Shown here: positions 39,501 through 48,275 of the stretch, one piece after another
How the letters are laid out: each line of letters opens with the position of its first letter
Position numbering within the stretch: the first letter of the stretch is position 1
The notes under the pieces: model-generated
What the model saw: the letters and a program-made list of their open reading frames with translations, nothing else
What the model was told of the DNA's origin: nothing
Databases searched by the model: none
Made by a program: the position numbers and the translations under genes
Source: Halodesulfurarchaeum sp.
GTDB lineage: Archaea > Halobacteriota > Halobacteria > Halobacteriales > Halobacteriaceae
NCBI GenBank assembly: GCA_034520565.1
Contig: JAXHNL010000002.1
Span: forward strand, 256,001 to 320,000
Direction of reading: 5' to 3'
Length of the DNA stretch: 64,000 nt

Positions 39501-40201
39501 CGCTCGCGGCGGAAGCGGTCCGGTTCGGCTACCACGAGACGCCGGTGCTCCGGGGGGTCGATTTCGCAGCCGAAACGGGCGAGGTGACCGCGCTCCTCGG
39601 TCCCAACGGTGCGGGGAAATCGACGCTTCTCAAGCATTTCAACGGCCTCCTCCGACCGGCATCCGGTCGGGTCCTCGTGGACGGCGAGCCGGTGACCGAC
39701 GAGGAAGCCCGGCTGGACGAGGTTCGCCAGCGAGTCGGATTCGTCTTCCAGAACCCCGCAGACCAGTTGCTCGCGCCGACGGTCCGACAGGACGTCTCCT
39801 TCGGCCCGCGAAACGTCGGAATCGCCGGCGACGTCGACGTGGATGCGATCCTCGCCCGGGTCGGCCTCCCGGACGCCGGCGATCGGCACCCACACACGAT
39901 GAGCAACGGCGAACAGAAGCGGGTCGCGCTGGCCGGCGTACTGGCCATGGACCCGGACTACGTCGTGATGGACGAACCGACGGCGGGCCTCGACGGTGCG
40001 GGTGCAAAGCGCTTCGTCGACCTGATCGAGTCCCTCCTCGCTGACGGCGTGACAGTCCTGCTCTCGACCCACCACGTCGGGTTTGCGACCTCGGTCGCCG
40101 ATCGACTCGCCGTCCTCTACGAGGGAACGATCGTCTACGGGGGAACGGACATCGATCGGGACACCGCCGACCAGTATGCGCTCCGGACGTGGGCGCTCTG
40201 A
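39497..40201 (+). CDS. cbiO: Cobalt ECF transporter ATPase
   Basis: GPNGAGKST, FQNPADQL, SNGEQKRVALAG, MDEPTAGLD; GTG start overlaps the cbiQ stop. Confidence 0.92.
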   Translation: MTLAAEAVRFGYHETPVLRGVDFAAETGEVTALLGPNGAGKSTLLKHFNGLLRPASGRVLVDGEPVTDEEARLDEVRQRVGFVFQNPADQLLAPTVRQDVSFGPRNVGIAGDVDVDAILARVGLPDAGDRHPHTMSNGEQKRVALAGVLAMDPDYVVMDEPTAGLDGAGAKRFVDLIESLLADGVTVLLSTHHVGFATSVADRLAVLYEGTIVYGGTDIDRDTADQYALRTWAL

Positions 40202-40264
40202 CCGGGACCGAAAGAAGATGTATTTGTGCTATTCCAAACGCAATTGTTTTAATCGATCGGGCGG

Positions 40265-40831
40265 ATGACCCAGACGATGGGAGGGATTTCGCTACCAGAA
40301 TCGACGGCGCCGGGCCCGACGAAACCCGAAATCAGGGCGATTCTCCTGCGAACGCTCGATCTCGGGCCGGCGGACCACTTCGTCGACGTCGGTGCCGGAA
40401 CCGGGGCCGTGACGATCGAAGCCGCACGGACCGGGGCCCGGGTGACGGCGATCGAGCGCGACCCCGGACGGGTCGACGCGATCGAAACGAACCTCGAGGC
40501 GTCGGACTGCGAGGGGTCGGTGACGGTCCGGAACGCCACCGCCCCGGACGGGCTTCCGGACGGAACCGATGCGGTCTTCGTCGGCGGAACACGACAGCTC
40601 GAGGCCGTCCTCGAGTGGGTCGAGGCGGTCACACCGCGGATCGTCGTGCTCAACGCGGCTCGCCTGGAAACGGCCACGCGAGCCATCGAGGCGTTCGAAA
40701 AACTGGCGTTCGATCCCGAAATTCGCCGGATTTCGATCGGGCGCGGGGAGGACCTCGCCGGCGAGACCGCGATCGTCCCCGACCGACCGGTGTTCGTGAT
40801 CAGTGGACAACCCGGCACGGGGGAGAAATGA
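40265..40831 (+). CDS. cbiT: Cobalt-precorrin-6B C15-methyltransferase (decarboxylating)
   Basis: GPTKPEIRA, DVGAGTGAVTIE, FVGG. Confidence 0.92.
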   Translation: MTQTMGGISLPESTAPGPTKPEIRAILLRTLDLGPADHFVDVGAGTGAVTIEAARTGARVTAIERDPGRVDAIETNLEASDCEGSVTVRNATAPDGLPDGTDAVFVGGTRQLEAVLEWVEAVTPRIVVLNAARLETATRAIEAFEKLAFDPEIRRISIGRGEDLAGETAIVPDRPVFVISGQPGTGEK

Positions 40832-41472
40832 CCCTCTACGGCGTCGGTCTCGGACCGGGCGACCCGAAACTGGTAACGGTAAAAGGAGCCCGAATCCTGG
40901 AGGAAGCGACCACCGTGTTTGCCCCCGGCGAACTGGCAGCGCGGCTTGGGTCCCCCTACACCGACTCGATCGAGCGACTGGAGTTTCCGATGACGGAAAA
41001 TCGGGAAGCACTCGAAGCTGCGTGGGCCGAGGCGGCAGAAACGGTCGCGCCGATCGCCCGTGATGGTGACGTCGCATTCGCCACCGTCGGCGACCCGAAC
41101 GTCTACTCCACCTTTAGCTACCTCGAAGACGCCCTGGAGACGTACCCGGAAGTCGACGTCCGGACGGTTCCAGGAGTGAGCGTCGTGACGGCCTTCGCCA
41201 CCGTCCTCGACGCTCGGATCGACGCGTCGTCGCTCGCGGTCCGGGAGGCCAAGGCGGGAGTGCCCGACCGGACCCCTGCGCAGTTGCTCCTCCTGAAAGT
41301 CACTGACGTACCCGGGATCCACGCGGACTTGACCGAGGCCGGCTACGAGGTGACCTATGGCCGCCGGCTCTTCATGGACGAGCCGACAGTCACGAGCGAC
41401 CCGGATGAACTGGCCGAATCGGATTACTTCACGATCGCCTACGCCGAGCAGGCAACGGGGGGCACAGCATGA
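40828..41472 (+). CDS. cbiL: Cobalt-factor II C20-methyltransferase
   Basis: MTLYGVGLGPGD, FPMT, TVGDPNVYSTF, VPGVS. Confidence 0.93.
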   Translation: MTLYGVGLGPGDPKLVTVKGARILEEATTVFAPGELAARLGSPYTDSIERLEFPMTENREALEAAWAEAAETVAPIARDGDVAFATVGDPNVYSTFSYLEDALETYPEVDVRTVPGVSVVTAFATVLDARIDASSLAVREAKAGVPDRTPAQLLLLKVTDVPGIHADLTEAGYEVTYGRRLFMDEPTVTSDPDELAESDYFTIAYAEQATGGTA

Positions 41473-42266
41473 CAGAACTGCCCTGGGACCCAGGAGAGGG
41501 GATCCCCTTCGTCGGTGCTGGGCCCGGCAATCCAAAACTGGTGACCGTGGCCGGTCGCGAGGCACTCGAGAACGCCGACCTCGTCGTCCACGCCGGCTCG
41601 CTCGTCAACAGCGAGATTCTCGACACCTACGCGCCCGACGCCCGGCACGTCGACAGCGCCGGGAAGGAACTGGAAACGCTCGTGGAACTGATGGCGACGG
41701 CCTATCACGACGGCGAACGCGTCGTTCGGCTTCACAGCGGCGATCCGTCGATTTTCGGCGCCGCACTCGAACAGATAGACGCACTGGCCGAGGCAGACGT
41801 CCCGGCGTACGTCGTTCCAGGAGTCACCGCCGCCTTCGCCGCGAGTGCGACCCTCGGAACGCAACTCACCCTCTCCGGAATCGCCAATCACGTCGCCATC
41901 ACCCGGCCGAAGGGGCGGACCCTCGACGCCGAAAACGACCACGTGACCGAGTTCGTCGGCATGGGCGACGTGACGACGGCCGTGTATCTCGGCACCCACG
42001 CGATCGAGGAGACGATGGAGCGCTTGCTCGAGGCCGGCGAGGATCCCGACACGCCGGTCGCCGTGGTCTACCATGCCTCCTGGCCCGATCAGGACGTTCT
42101 GCCCGGGACGATCGCGGACATCGCCGAGACGGTCGCGGACGCCGGCTACGAGTCGAGCGCACTCGTCCTGATCGGCGAGGCAGTCACCGGAGGAGACTAC
42201 GAGCGTTCGCATCTCTACGGTGGATGGGCCACGGCGGAATCCGCGGAACCGGGTGACCGAGCGTGA
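41469..42266 (+). CDS. cbiF: Cobalt-precorrin-4 C11-methyltransferase
   Basis: FVGAGPG, HAGSLV, RLHSGDPSIFGA, ASWPD. Confidence 0.94.
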   Translation: MTELPWDPGEGIPFVGAGPGNPKLVTVAGREALENADLVVHAGSLVNSEILDTYAPDARHVDSAGKELETLVELMATAYHDGERVVRLHSGDPSIFGAALEQIDALAEADVPAYVVPGVTAAFAASATLGTQLTLSGIANHVAITRPKGRTLDAENDHVTEFVGMGDVTTAVYLGTHAIEETMERLLEAGEDPDTPVAVVYHASWPDQDVLPGTIADIAETVADAGYESSALVLIGEAVTGGDYERSHLYGGWATAESAEPGDRA

Positions 42267-43180
42267 GCGGCAAACACCGCGTCGAGTCGATCGCGATCGT
42301 GGCCTTCGAACGAGATCTGGACGTCGCACTCGACATCGAGGAGCGCCTCTCCACGGCAGGTCGAACCGTGGAGCTGCATGCCTACGAGGACGGGATCTTC
42401 GAGCACGTCTGGGACCGGGACGCGATCGTTTCCCTCATGGCGAGCGGAATCGTCGTCCGCAAGATCGCCCCGCTACTCGCCGACAAGTGGGCGGATCCGG
42501 CCGTCGTGGCAGTGGACAGCGAGTTCACGTGGGCGATTCCGCTCGTGGGCGGCCATCACGGTGGCAACCGACTGGCCGAGGAACTGGCCGATCTCGGGGC
42601 CCGTCCGGCGGTGACGACCGCAACCGAAGCCGCCGGAAAGCAGGCGGTGGAGACCCGGGCTGCCGCGCTCGAAGCGAGTGTCGAGACGCCGGATTCGACG
42701 GTGGCGACGAATATGGCGGTCCTCCGGAACGAGCTGGGGCCCGTCGAGCGGCTGGATGGACCCCGGGCGGTACTCGTCTCGGAGGACGTAACGGTGCTCC
42801 GGCGGTCGGGGTCGGGGGAGCTGGTCCTGGGAACGGGATGCCGCGAGGGGACCGACGCCGAGACCTGCCGATCGGCCTGGCTCGACGCGCTGAACGAGAT
42901 CGGACGGGAGATCGAGGACGTCGAGTTCGTCGCGACGGGAGTGCTGAAGGCAGAAGAGCCCGGTCTTCGAGAGGCGGCGGCGGAACTGGATCTCGGGCTC
43001 GTCACCTTCGAGAAGGAGACCCTGGAGCGCTTTGCGGGCCCCAGCGAGTCGAAAGCGCCGGAACTGACAGGGTGGCCGGGCATCGCCGAGGCAAGCGCCA
43101 CCGCGGGTGGGCGCGAGCACGAATTGCTCGCCCCGAAGCAACGATTCGACGGTTCTGTCACGGTGGCGATCGGCCGATGA
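42263..43180 (+). CDS. cbiG: Cobalt-precorrin-5A hydrolase
   Basis: MASGIVVRKIAP, DPAVVAVD, GGHHGGN, TTATE, GIAEASA. Confidence 0.94.
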   Translation: MSGKHRVESIAIVAFERDLDVALDIEERLSTAGRTVELHAYEDGIFEHVWDRDAIVSLMASGIVVRKIAPLLADKWADPAVVAVDSEFTWAIPLVGGHHGGNRLAEELADLGARPAVTTATEAAGKQAVETRAAALEASVETPDSTVATNMAVLRNELGPVERLDGPRAVLVSEDVTVLRRSGSGELVLGTGCREGTDAETCRSAWLDALNEIGREIEDVEFVATGVLKAEEPGLREAAAELDLGLVTFEKETLERFAGPSESKAPELTGWPGIAEASATAGGREHELLAPKQRFDGSVTVAIGR

Positions 43181-44055
43181 CCCAGTGGCCCCAGGCCGAA
43201 CGCCTCGCCCGACCTGGATCCGGGGGGTCGGAAACTGATGAGCAGGGGATCCTCAAAATCGTCGGGATCGGCCCGGGGCTCCCGGACCAGTTGACCACGC
43301 GGGCTCGCAAGGCGATCCGAACGGCCGATACGGTCTATGCAGCCCCGCTGTATCAGGAGTTTCTGGCACGGGATGGATTGCTGTCCGATGCTGGAGGGAG
43401 CGACGGCCCTGTCGTCCTCGACTCCTCGCGAAGGGATTTCGAAGCCCGGGCCAGACGGACGTTCGACCGTGTCGGGACCGGGGAGACTGTCGTCCACGTC
43501 TCCGGCGGCGATCCGACGGTCTACGGCAAGTCCGACCTCCTCTTCGCCCTCGCCGAAACCGAGGCTGAAGGCGAGATCCCGATCGAGGTGATTCCGGGCG
43601 TGACCGCGGCCCTCGCGGGAGCTGCCGTCCTCGGTGCCCCGCTCTCGAACGATTTCTGTACGATTTCCCTCTCGACGAGCCACCGGAAACAGGCCGAGAT
43701 CGACCGGAAGCTCGCGGCCGCAGCCGAAACCGGGTTCGTCATCGCCCTGTACAATTGCTGGCGATCCTTCGACGGGGCCATCGAGACGATCCGCGAGCAC
43801 CGCACAGATTCGGTGCCGGTCGCCCTCCTCGCTGACGTCGGTCGAGGCGGCCAGGGCCGAGCCGAACGTGGCGAGACGGTGGCGGTATCGACGCTCGGCA
43901 CCGCAGCCGAGGAACTCTCGCCGGAGACACCCGGCACGCTCGCCATCGTGGGGACGGCGGATTCGCAAGTGCTTCGTCCCACAGGCGGCGGGCGGCCGTT
44001 TCTGGTGACCCCGCGAGGCGACGAGACTGCACTGCAGGCAGGTGATCCACAATGA
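43177..44055 (+). CDS. cbiH: Cobalt-precorrin-3 C17-methyltransferase paralog 1
   Basis: VGIGPG, HVSGGDPTVYG, PGVTAA, GAPLSNDFCTISLS, LYN, TPRG. Confidence 0.85.
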   Translation: MTQWPQAERLARPGSGGSETDEQGILKIVGIGPGLPDQLTTRARKAIRTADTVYAAPLYQEFLARDGLLSDAGGSDGPVVLDSSRRDFEARARRTFDRVGTGETVVHVSGGDPTVYGKSDLLFALAETEAEGEIPIEVIPGVTAALAGAAVLGAPLSNDFCTISLSTSHRKQAEIDRKLAAAAETGFVIALYNCWRSFDGAIETIREHRTDSVPVALLADVGRGGQGRAERGETVAVSTLGTAAEELSPETPGTLAIVGTADSQVLRPTGGGRPFLVTPRGDETALQAGDPQ

Positions 44056-44900
44056 CTGACACGAACGCTGCAACAACCGAATCCGAGACGACCGAGTCGC
44101 CCGAGGCGACGAATCGAACGACAGCAACCACCGGCAGACTGCTCGCGGTTGGACTCGGCCCGGGCCACCCGGACGGAATGACGATCCGGGCACGGGAGGC
44201 ACTCGAATCCGTCGACCAGATCGTCGGGTACGAGACCTACGTCGACCTGTTGCCGGAGGTCCTCATCGAAGGCGCCGAGGACGTCTACGCGACGGGGATG
44301 GGCACGGAGGTCTCTCGTACCGAGACCGCAGTGGAGCGAGCCCTCGACGGGGCCGACGTCGCGCTGATCGGCAGCGGCGACCCCAACGTCTACGCGCTCG
44401 GTGGGCTGGTGCTCGAAGTGCTCGAATCCAGGGGGGTTGCGCCCGATGCCGTCGAATACGAGGTCGTTCCGGGGGTCACGGCTGCACAGTCGAGTGCAGC
44501 CCGGCTGGGCGCCCCGCTGGTCAACGACGCGGTGACGATCAGCCTCTCGGATCACCTCACCACCCTCGAGGAGATCGAGTCGCGACTCCGGGCCGTCGCC
44601 CCCGAGGGATTTGCCCTCGCGATCTACAACCCGTGGAGCCCGAACCGAGCGGCAAACTTCCAGCTTGCCTGTGAGATCCTGCTGGAGCACCGCCCACCGG
44701 ACACGCCGGTCGGCATCGTCCGCGGTGCCGGACGGGAGAACGAGCGAACGCACATCACCGACCTCGGGACACTCCCCGAATTGGGGGGCTCGGACGTCCT
44801 CGACATGACCTCGACGATCGTCGTCGGGACCGAGGAAACCCGCGTCTGGGGCGATCAGCTGGTCACCCCTCGCGGCTACGAGCGCAAGTACGACTACTGA
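44052..44900 (+). CDS. cbiH: Cobalt-precorrin-3 C17-methyltransferase paralog 2
   Basis: VGLGPG, GSGDPNVY, GAPLVND..ISLSDHLT, YNP, TPRGYERKY. Confidence 0.92.
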   Translation: MTDTNAATTESETTESPEATNRTTATTGRLLAVGLGPGHPDGMTIRAREALESVDQIVGYETYVDLLPEVLIEGAEDVYATGMGTEVSRTETAVERALDGADVALIGSGDPNVYALGGLVLEVLESRGVAPDAVEYEVVPGVTAAQSSAARLGAPLVNDAVTISLSDHLTTLEEIESRLRAVAPEGFALAIYNPWSPNRAANFQLACEILLEHRPPDTPVGIVRGAGRENERTHITDLGTLPELGGSDVLDMTSTIVVGTEETRVWGDQLVTPRGYERKYDY

Positions 44901-44902
44901 CC

Positions 44903-46036
44903 ATGTCACAGACGACGAACACGCCGGTGATACTCGCCGGACACGGCTCTCGACGCGAGGAATCGAACGAGCAAGTCAAGCAGGTCGCGGCCGCCCTGGA
45001 GGACCAACTGGGCGAACGGGTCATGCCCGCCTACATCGAGCTGACCGAACCGCTCGTGGACGAGGCGATCGAGACGCTGGCGCCCGAGTCTGACTCGGTC
45101 ACGGTCGTTCCGCTCTCCCTCTTCGCGGCAGGCCACGTCAAAAACGACATCCCCCTTTTCGTCCAGCACGCCCGCCAGGCCTATCCAGACGTCGAGTTTG
45201 CCTACGGATCCAACCTCGGGGCCCGCCCGGAGTTGATCGAAATCGTCGGCGACCGGATCGCCGCGGCGGCAGCCGAGATGGACGCCGACCCCGAGACCGA
45301 CGACGTCGCGGTCGTCTTCGTCGCCCGGGGATCGAGCGACCCGGACGCCAACGCCGAGGCCTACCGCCTCGCTCGACTGATCCAGGAGGGACGGCCCTAC
45401 ACCCGCGTCGAACCGACCTTCATCGGAATCACCGAGCCGCGCCTGGATCGCACACTCGAGGAAGTCGCCCGCCACGACCCGGACGGAACCATCGTCGTCC
45501 CGTACATGCTCGGTGACGGGGTTCTCACCCGCCGAATTCACGACGAAGCCGAGGCCTTCGACGACGAGCATCCGACCATCGAGACCGCCACGACGGGCGT
45601 CCTCGGACTCGACGACCGACTCATCCGGGCGCTCGAACACCGGGTCATGGAGGCCCGCCAGGGCGCGGTGTCGATGCCCTGCGATCGCTGCATCTACAAG
45701 GTGACACTCGCGGATTACGCGGACGAGGTGGGCGGCGAGAAGGCCTTCGTCCACGCCCTGGAGCACACGCTTGCCCACGTCAGCGACGACCACGGGCACG
45801 GGCACGATCACAGCCACGGCGAAGAAGGACACGATCACGGTCACGAAACGGACTCCAGTCACGAGCATGCTGTCGGCCAGGCTGACGGGCACGGGCATGG
45901 TGACAGGCATGGGCACGGCCAGGCTGACGGGCACGGCCATGCTGACGGGCACGAGCATGGTGACGGGCATGGGCACGGCCAGGCTGACGGGCACGAGCAC
46001 TCACAGGACCACTCCCACGAGGAGCGCGACAACTAG
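44903..46036 (+). CDS. cbiX: Sirohydrochlorin cobaltochelatase, long form, with a His-rich tail
   Basis: GHGSR, AGHVKNDIP, second domain RGSSDPDAN, MPCDRC motif, His/Gly/Asp tail. Confidence 0.93.
   Translation: MSQTTNTPVILAGHGSRREESNEQVKQVAAALEDQLGERVMPAYIELTEPLVDEAIETLAPESDSVTVVPLSLFAAGHVKNDIPLFVQHARQAYPDVEFAYGSNLGARPELIEIVGDRIAAAAAEMDADPETDDVAVVFVARGSSDPDANAEAYRLARLIQEGRPYTRVEPTFIGITEPRLDRTLEEVARHDPDGTIVVPYMLGDGVLTRRIHDEAEAFDDEHPTIETATTGVLGLDDRLIRALEHRVMEARQGAVSMPCDRCIYKVTLADYADEVGGEKAFVHALEHTLAHVSDDHGHGHDHSHGEEGHDHGHETDSSHEHAVGQADGHGHGDRHGHGQADGHGHADGHEHGDGHGHGQADGHEHSQDHSHEERDN
45875..46000 (+). repeat. Intragenic tandem repeats encoding the (GQ)ADGHGH His-rich tail of CbiX
   Basis: Near-identical 40-nt blocks at 45896 and 45956 (60-bp period) plus repeated GCTGACGGGCACG units. 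Confidence 0.85.
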
Positions 46037-46050
46037 CTGCACCGCTCGTT

Positions 46051-48243
46051 CTATTCGCCGGCGGACTGAGAGACCGACCGCACCGACTCCGTGGAGAGAT
46101 CCTCCAGCGGGATCGCCGTCGCGTCCGCGGCGGCCACGACGTCCTCGACCAAATTCGCCCGGTCCCCGGGCTGACTCGCGTCGACGACCACCACCTCCTC
46201 GGCCCGGTCACCGAGAGCCCGTGCAGCCTCCCGGGTCGCCTCCGTGGGACTGCCCCCGGCCACGTTCGTCCGGCCGTCAGTCACGACGACGGCCACGCTC
46301 GCCGCCGGATCGGCCCGTTCGATGACCGCTCGCGCGGTGTCGAGCCCGGCGGGAAGGGGCGTCCGGTCGCCGGTCGGAAGGTCCTTCAAATGGCGGGCGG
46401 CGAGCGAGACGCTGTCCGTCGGCGGAAGCAGCACCTCCGCCTCCGCACCCGCGAACGCGACGAAGGCCACCTCGTCGCGCTCCTGATAGCTCTCCTTCAG
46501 CAGTTCGAGCACGGTTCCCTTCGCCGCGCGCATCGCCGGTCCCATCGAGGCGCTCGCGTCGACGGCAAAGACCACCAGCGTGGTTGCCGATCCGGCCCTG
46601 ACCGACTGCCGGAGATCCCGCCGCTCGAGGGGCGTCCTCCCCCGTTTCGCATTCTCTCGAACCGACGCCGCCACGTCGACCGTCTCGGCGGACTCGGCCG
46701 GCTCGGTCCGGATCCGGGGGCCGCTTTCGCCGACGGCCGGCTCGGACTCGACCCGCCCGGCCTCACTGCCCGAGGACCCCGTCGACGGCGCTTCCTCGAC
46801 GGCGAGCTCCGGTGCCGCACTCTCACCGACCGACGCGGACTGGGCGGCCGGCGTCGACGGCGGGCGCGCGGATCGCTCCTCGTTGGCGTCGCCCGCTCGG
46901 TCCTCGTCCCCCTGCGACGGGTCGTCCTCCCTCGGATCTTCGGCCCCGTCCCCACCACTGTCCGAAGGGGTTTCGGGGGCTTGCCGGACCGAACCGTCGG
47001 TCCCGGATTCGGGTTCCTGCGCCGGGGGCCGTGTCCCTTCCATTCCGGTTTCCGAATCCGGGTCCGGCGACTCGTCGGGTTCGGGTCCGTCCGATTCGCC
47101 AGCAGCGCGGTCGTCACGCTCCCCGTGTCCCGCTGTGCCGCCGTCCCCCGCTTCGTCGCCGCCGGATTCCGTCGACGGGTCAGTTCCGTCCGACTCACCC
47201 GGAGCCTCGTCATCCGGCGTCGAATTCGCCTCCCGGTCGTCCCCGAAGTGATCGTTCAGCACGTCCTCGAGGGGCTCGGTCTCCTCGAAGGGGCGACTCT
47301 GGAGCCGGTGGGGGAGGGCATATTCGAGGGCGTCCTCGACGTCGTGCTCGGTCACCCGGTCTCTGCCATCCAGCGCCGCGAAGGTCCGGGCCGCGCGGGC
47401 CGCCGCGATGTCGCCGCGGTGGCCGTCCACCCCGGCGTCGACACACACCTCCGCGATCGTTTCCGCCCGGTCCCGGGGGAGTGACACCTCCTGAAGGCGG
47501 GCGCGGGCCGGCTCGATCCGCTGCTGCAACTGGTCGAGTTCGGCCTCGGGCCCCGCTCCGGAATCGTCGCGCTCGCGGTCGAGTGCGGCCTCCACGATCG
47601 CGACCCGTTCGTCGAGATTCTCGCTCCCGGCGACGTCAACCTGCAGTGCAAAGCGGTCACGGAGTTGGGGGCGAAGGTCCCCCTCCTCGGGGTTCATCGT
47701 CCCGATCAACGTGAATTCGGCCGGATGGGTCTCGCTCATCCCGTCCCGCTCGACGCGGTTGACACCGCTCGCGGCCGCATCGAGGAGGACGTCGACCAGG
47801 TGGTCTTCGAGGAGGTTCACCTCGTCCACGTAGAGAAAGCCCCGGTTGGCCTGAGCGAGCAGGCCCGGCTCGAAGGTCGATTCGCCGTCGAGCGCATCCG
47901 AAAGCGAGAGCGAACCGACCACCCGCTCCCGCGTGGCCCCGAGTGGCACCGTCACGAGCGGAACCGGGCGCTCCTCGACGGGTGGATCGTCCCGGCCCCG
48001 ACACGACTCACATTGCTGGGCCGGTTCGTCCGGCGGACACCCGTAGGGACAGTCCGCGATCGCCCGCTGGGTCGGCAGCAAGTCGACCAGTCCCCGGACG
48101 GCCGTCGACTTTGCCGTCCCCTTCTCCCCGCGGACGAGCAGTCCGTCGATCGCGTCGTTCGCCGCCACCGCGAGCAACACCCGCTTGAGTCGCTCCTGCC
48201 CCACGATCTCGGGGAACGGGACGGCGGATCCAAACCCAACCAT
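46051..48243 (-). CDS. ChlI/ChlD-like AAA+ chelatase subunit with a C-terminal VWA domain
   Basis: PFPEIVGQ, GEKGTAKST, YVDEVNLL, MNPEEG, acidic linker, VWA MIDAS DASAS...TDG; ATG 48243. Confidence 0.93.
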   Translation of the reverse strand: MVGFGSAVPFPEIVGQERLKRVLLAVAANDAIDGLLVRGEKGTAKSTAVRGLVDLLPTQRAIADCPYGCPPDEPAQQCESCRGRDDPPVEERPVPLVTVPLGATRERVVGSLSLSDALDGESTFEPGLLAQANRGFLYVDEVNLLEDHLVDVLLDAAASGVNRVERDGMSETHPAEFTLIGTMNPEEGDLRPQLRDRFALQVDVAGSENLDERVAIVEAALDRERDDSGAGPEAELDQLQQRIEPARARLQEVSLPRDRAETIAEVCVDAGVDGHRGDIAAARAARTFAALDGRDRVTEHDVEDALEYALPHRLQSRPFEETEPLEDVLNDHFGDDREANSTPDDEAPGESDGTDPSTESGGDEAGDGGTAGHGERDDRAAGESDGPEPDESPDPDSETGMEGTRPPAQEPESGTDGSVRQAPETPSDSGGDGAEDPREDDPSQGDEDRAGDANEERSARPPSTPAAQSASVGESAAPELAVEEAPSTGSSGSEAGRVESEPAVGESGPRIRTEPAESAETVDVAASVRENAKRGRTPLERRDLRQSVRAGSATTLVVFAVDASASMGPAMRAAKGTVLELLKESYQERDEVAFVAFAGAEAEVLLPPTDSVSLAARHLKDLPTGDRTPLPAGLDTARAVIERADPAASVAVVVTDGRTNVAGGSPTEATREAARALGDRAEEVVVVDASQPGDRANLVEDVVAAADATAIPLEDLSTESVRSVSQSAGE

Positions 48244-48275
48244 ACTTGTAGTAACCCAATCCAACTATAATAAGG

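Noticed and set aside
45875-46000. Periodic repeats as a possible CRISPR array (also 61976-62035)
   Set aside because: In-frame coding repeats without unique spacers; no cas genes in the window.
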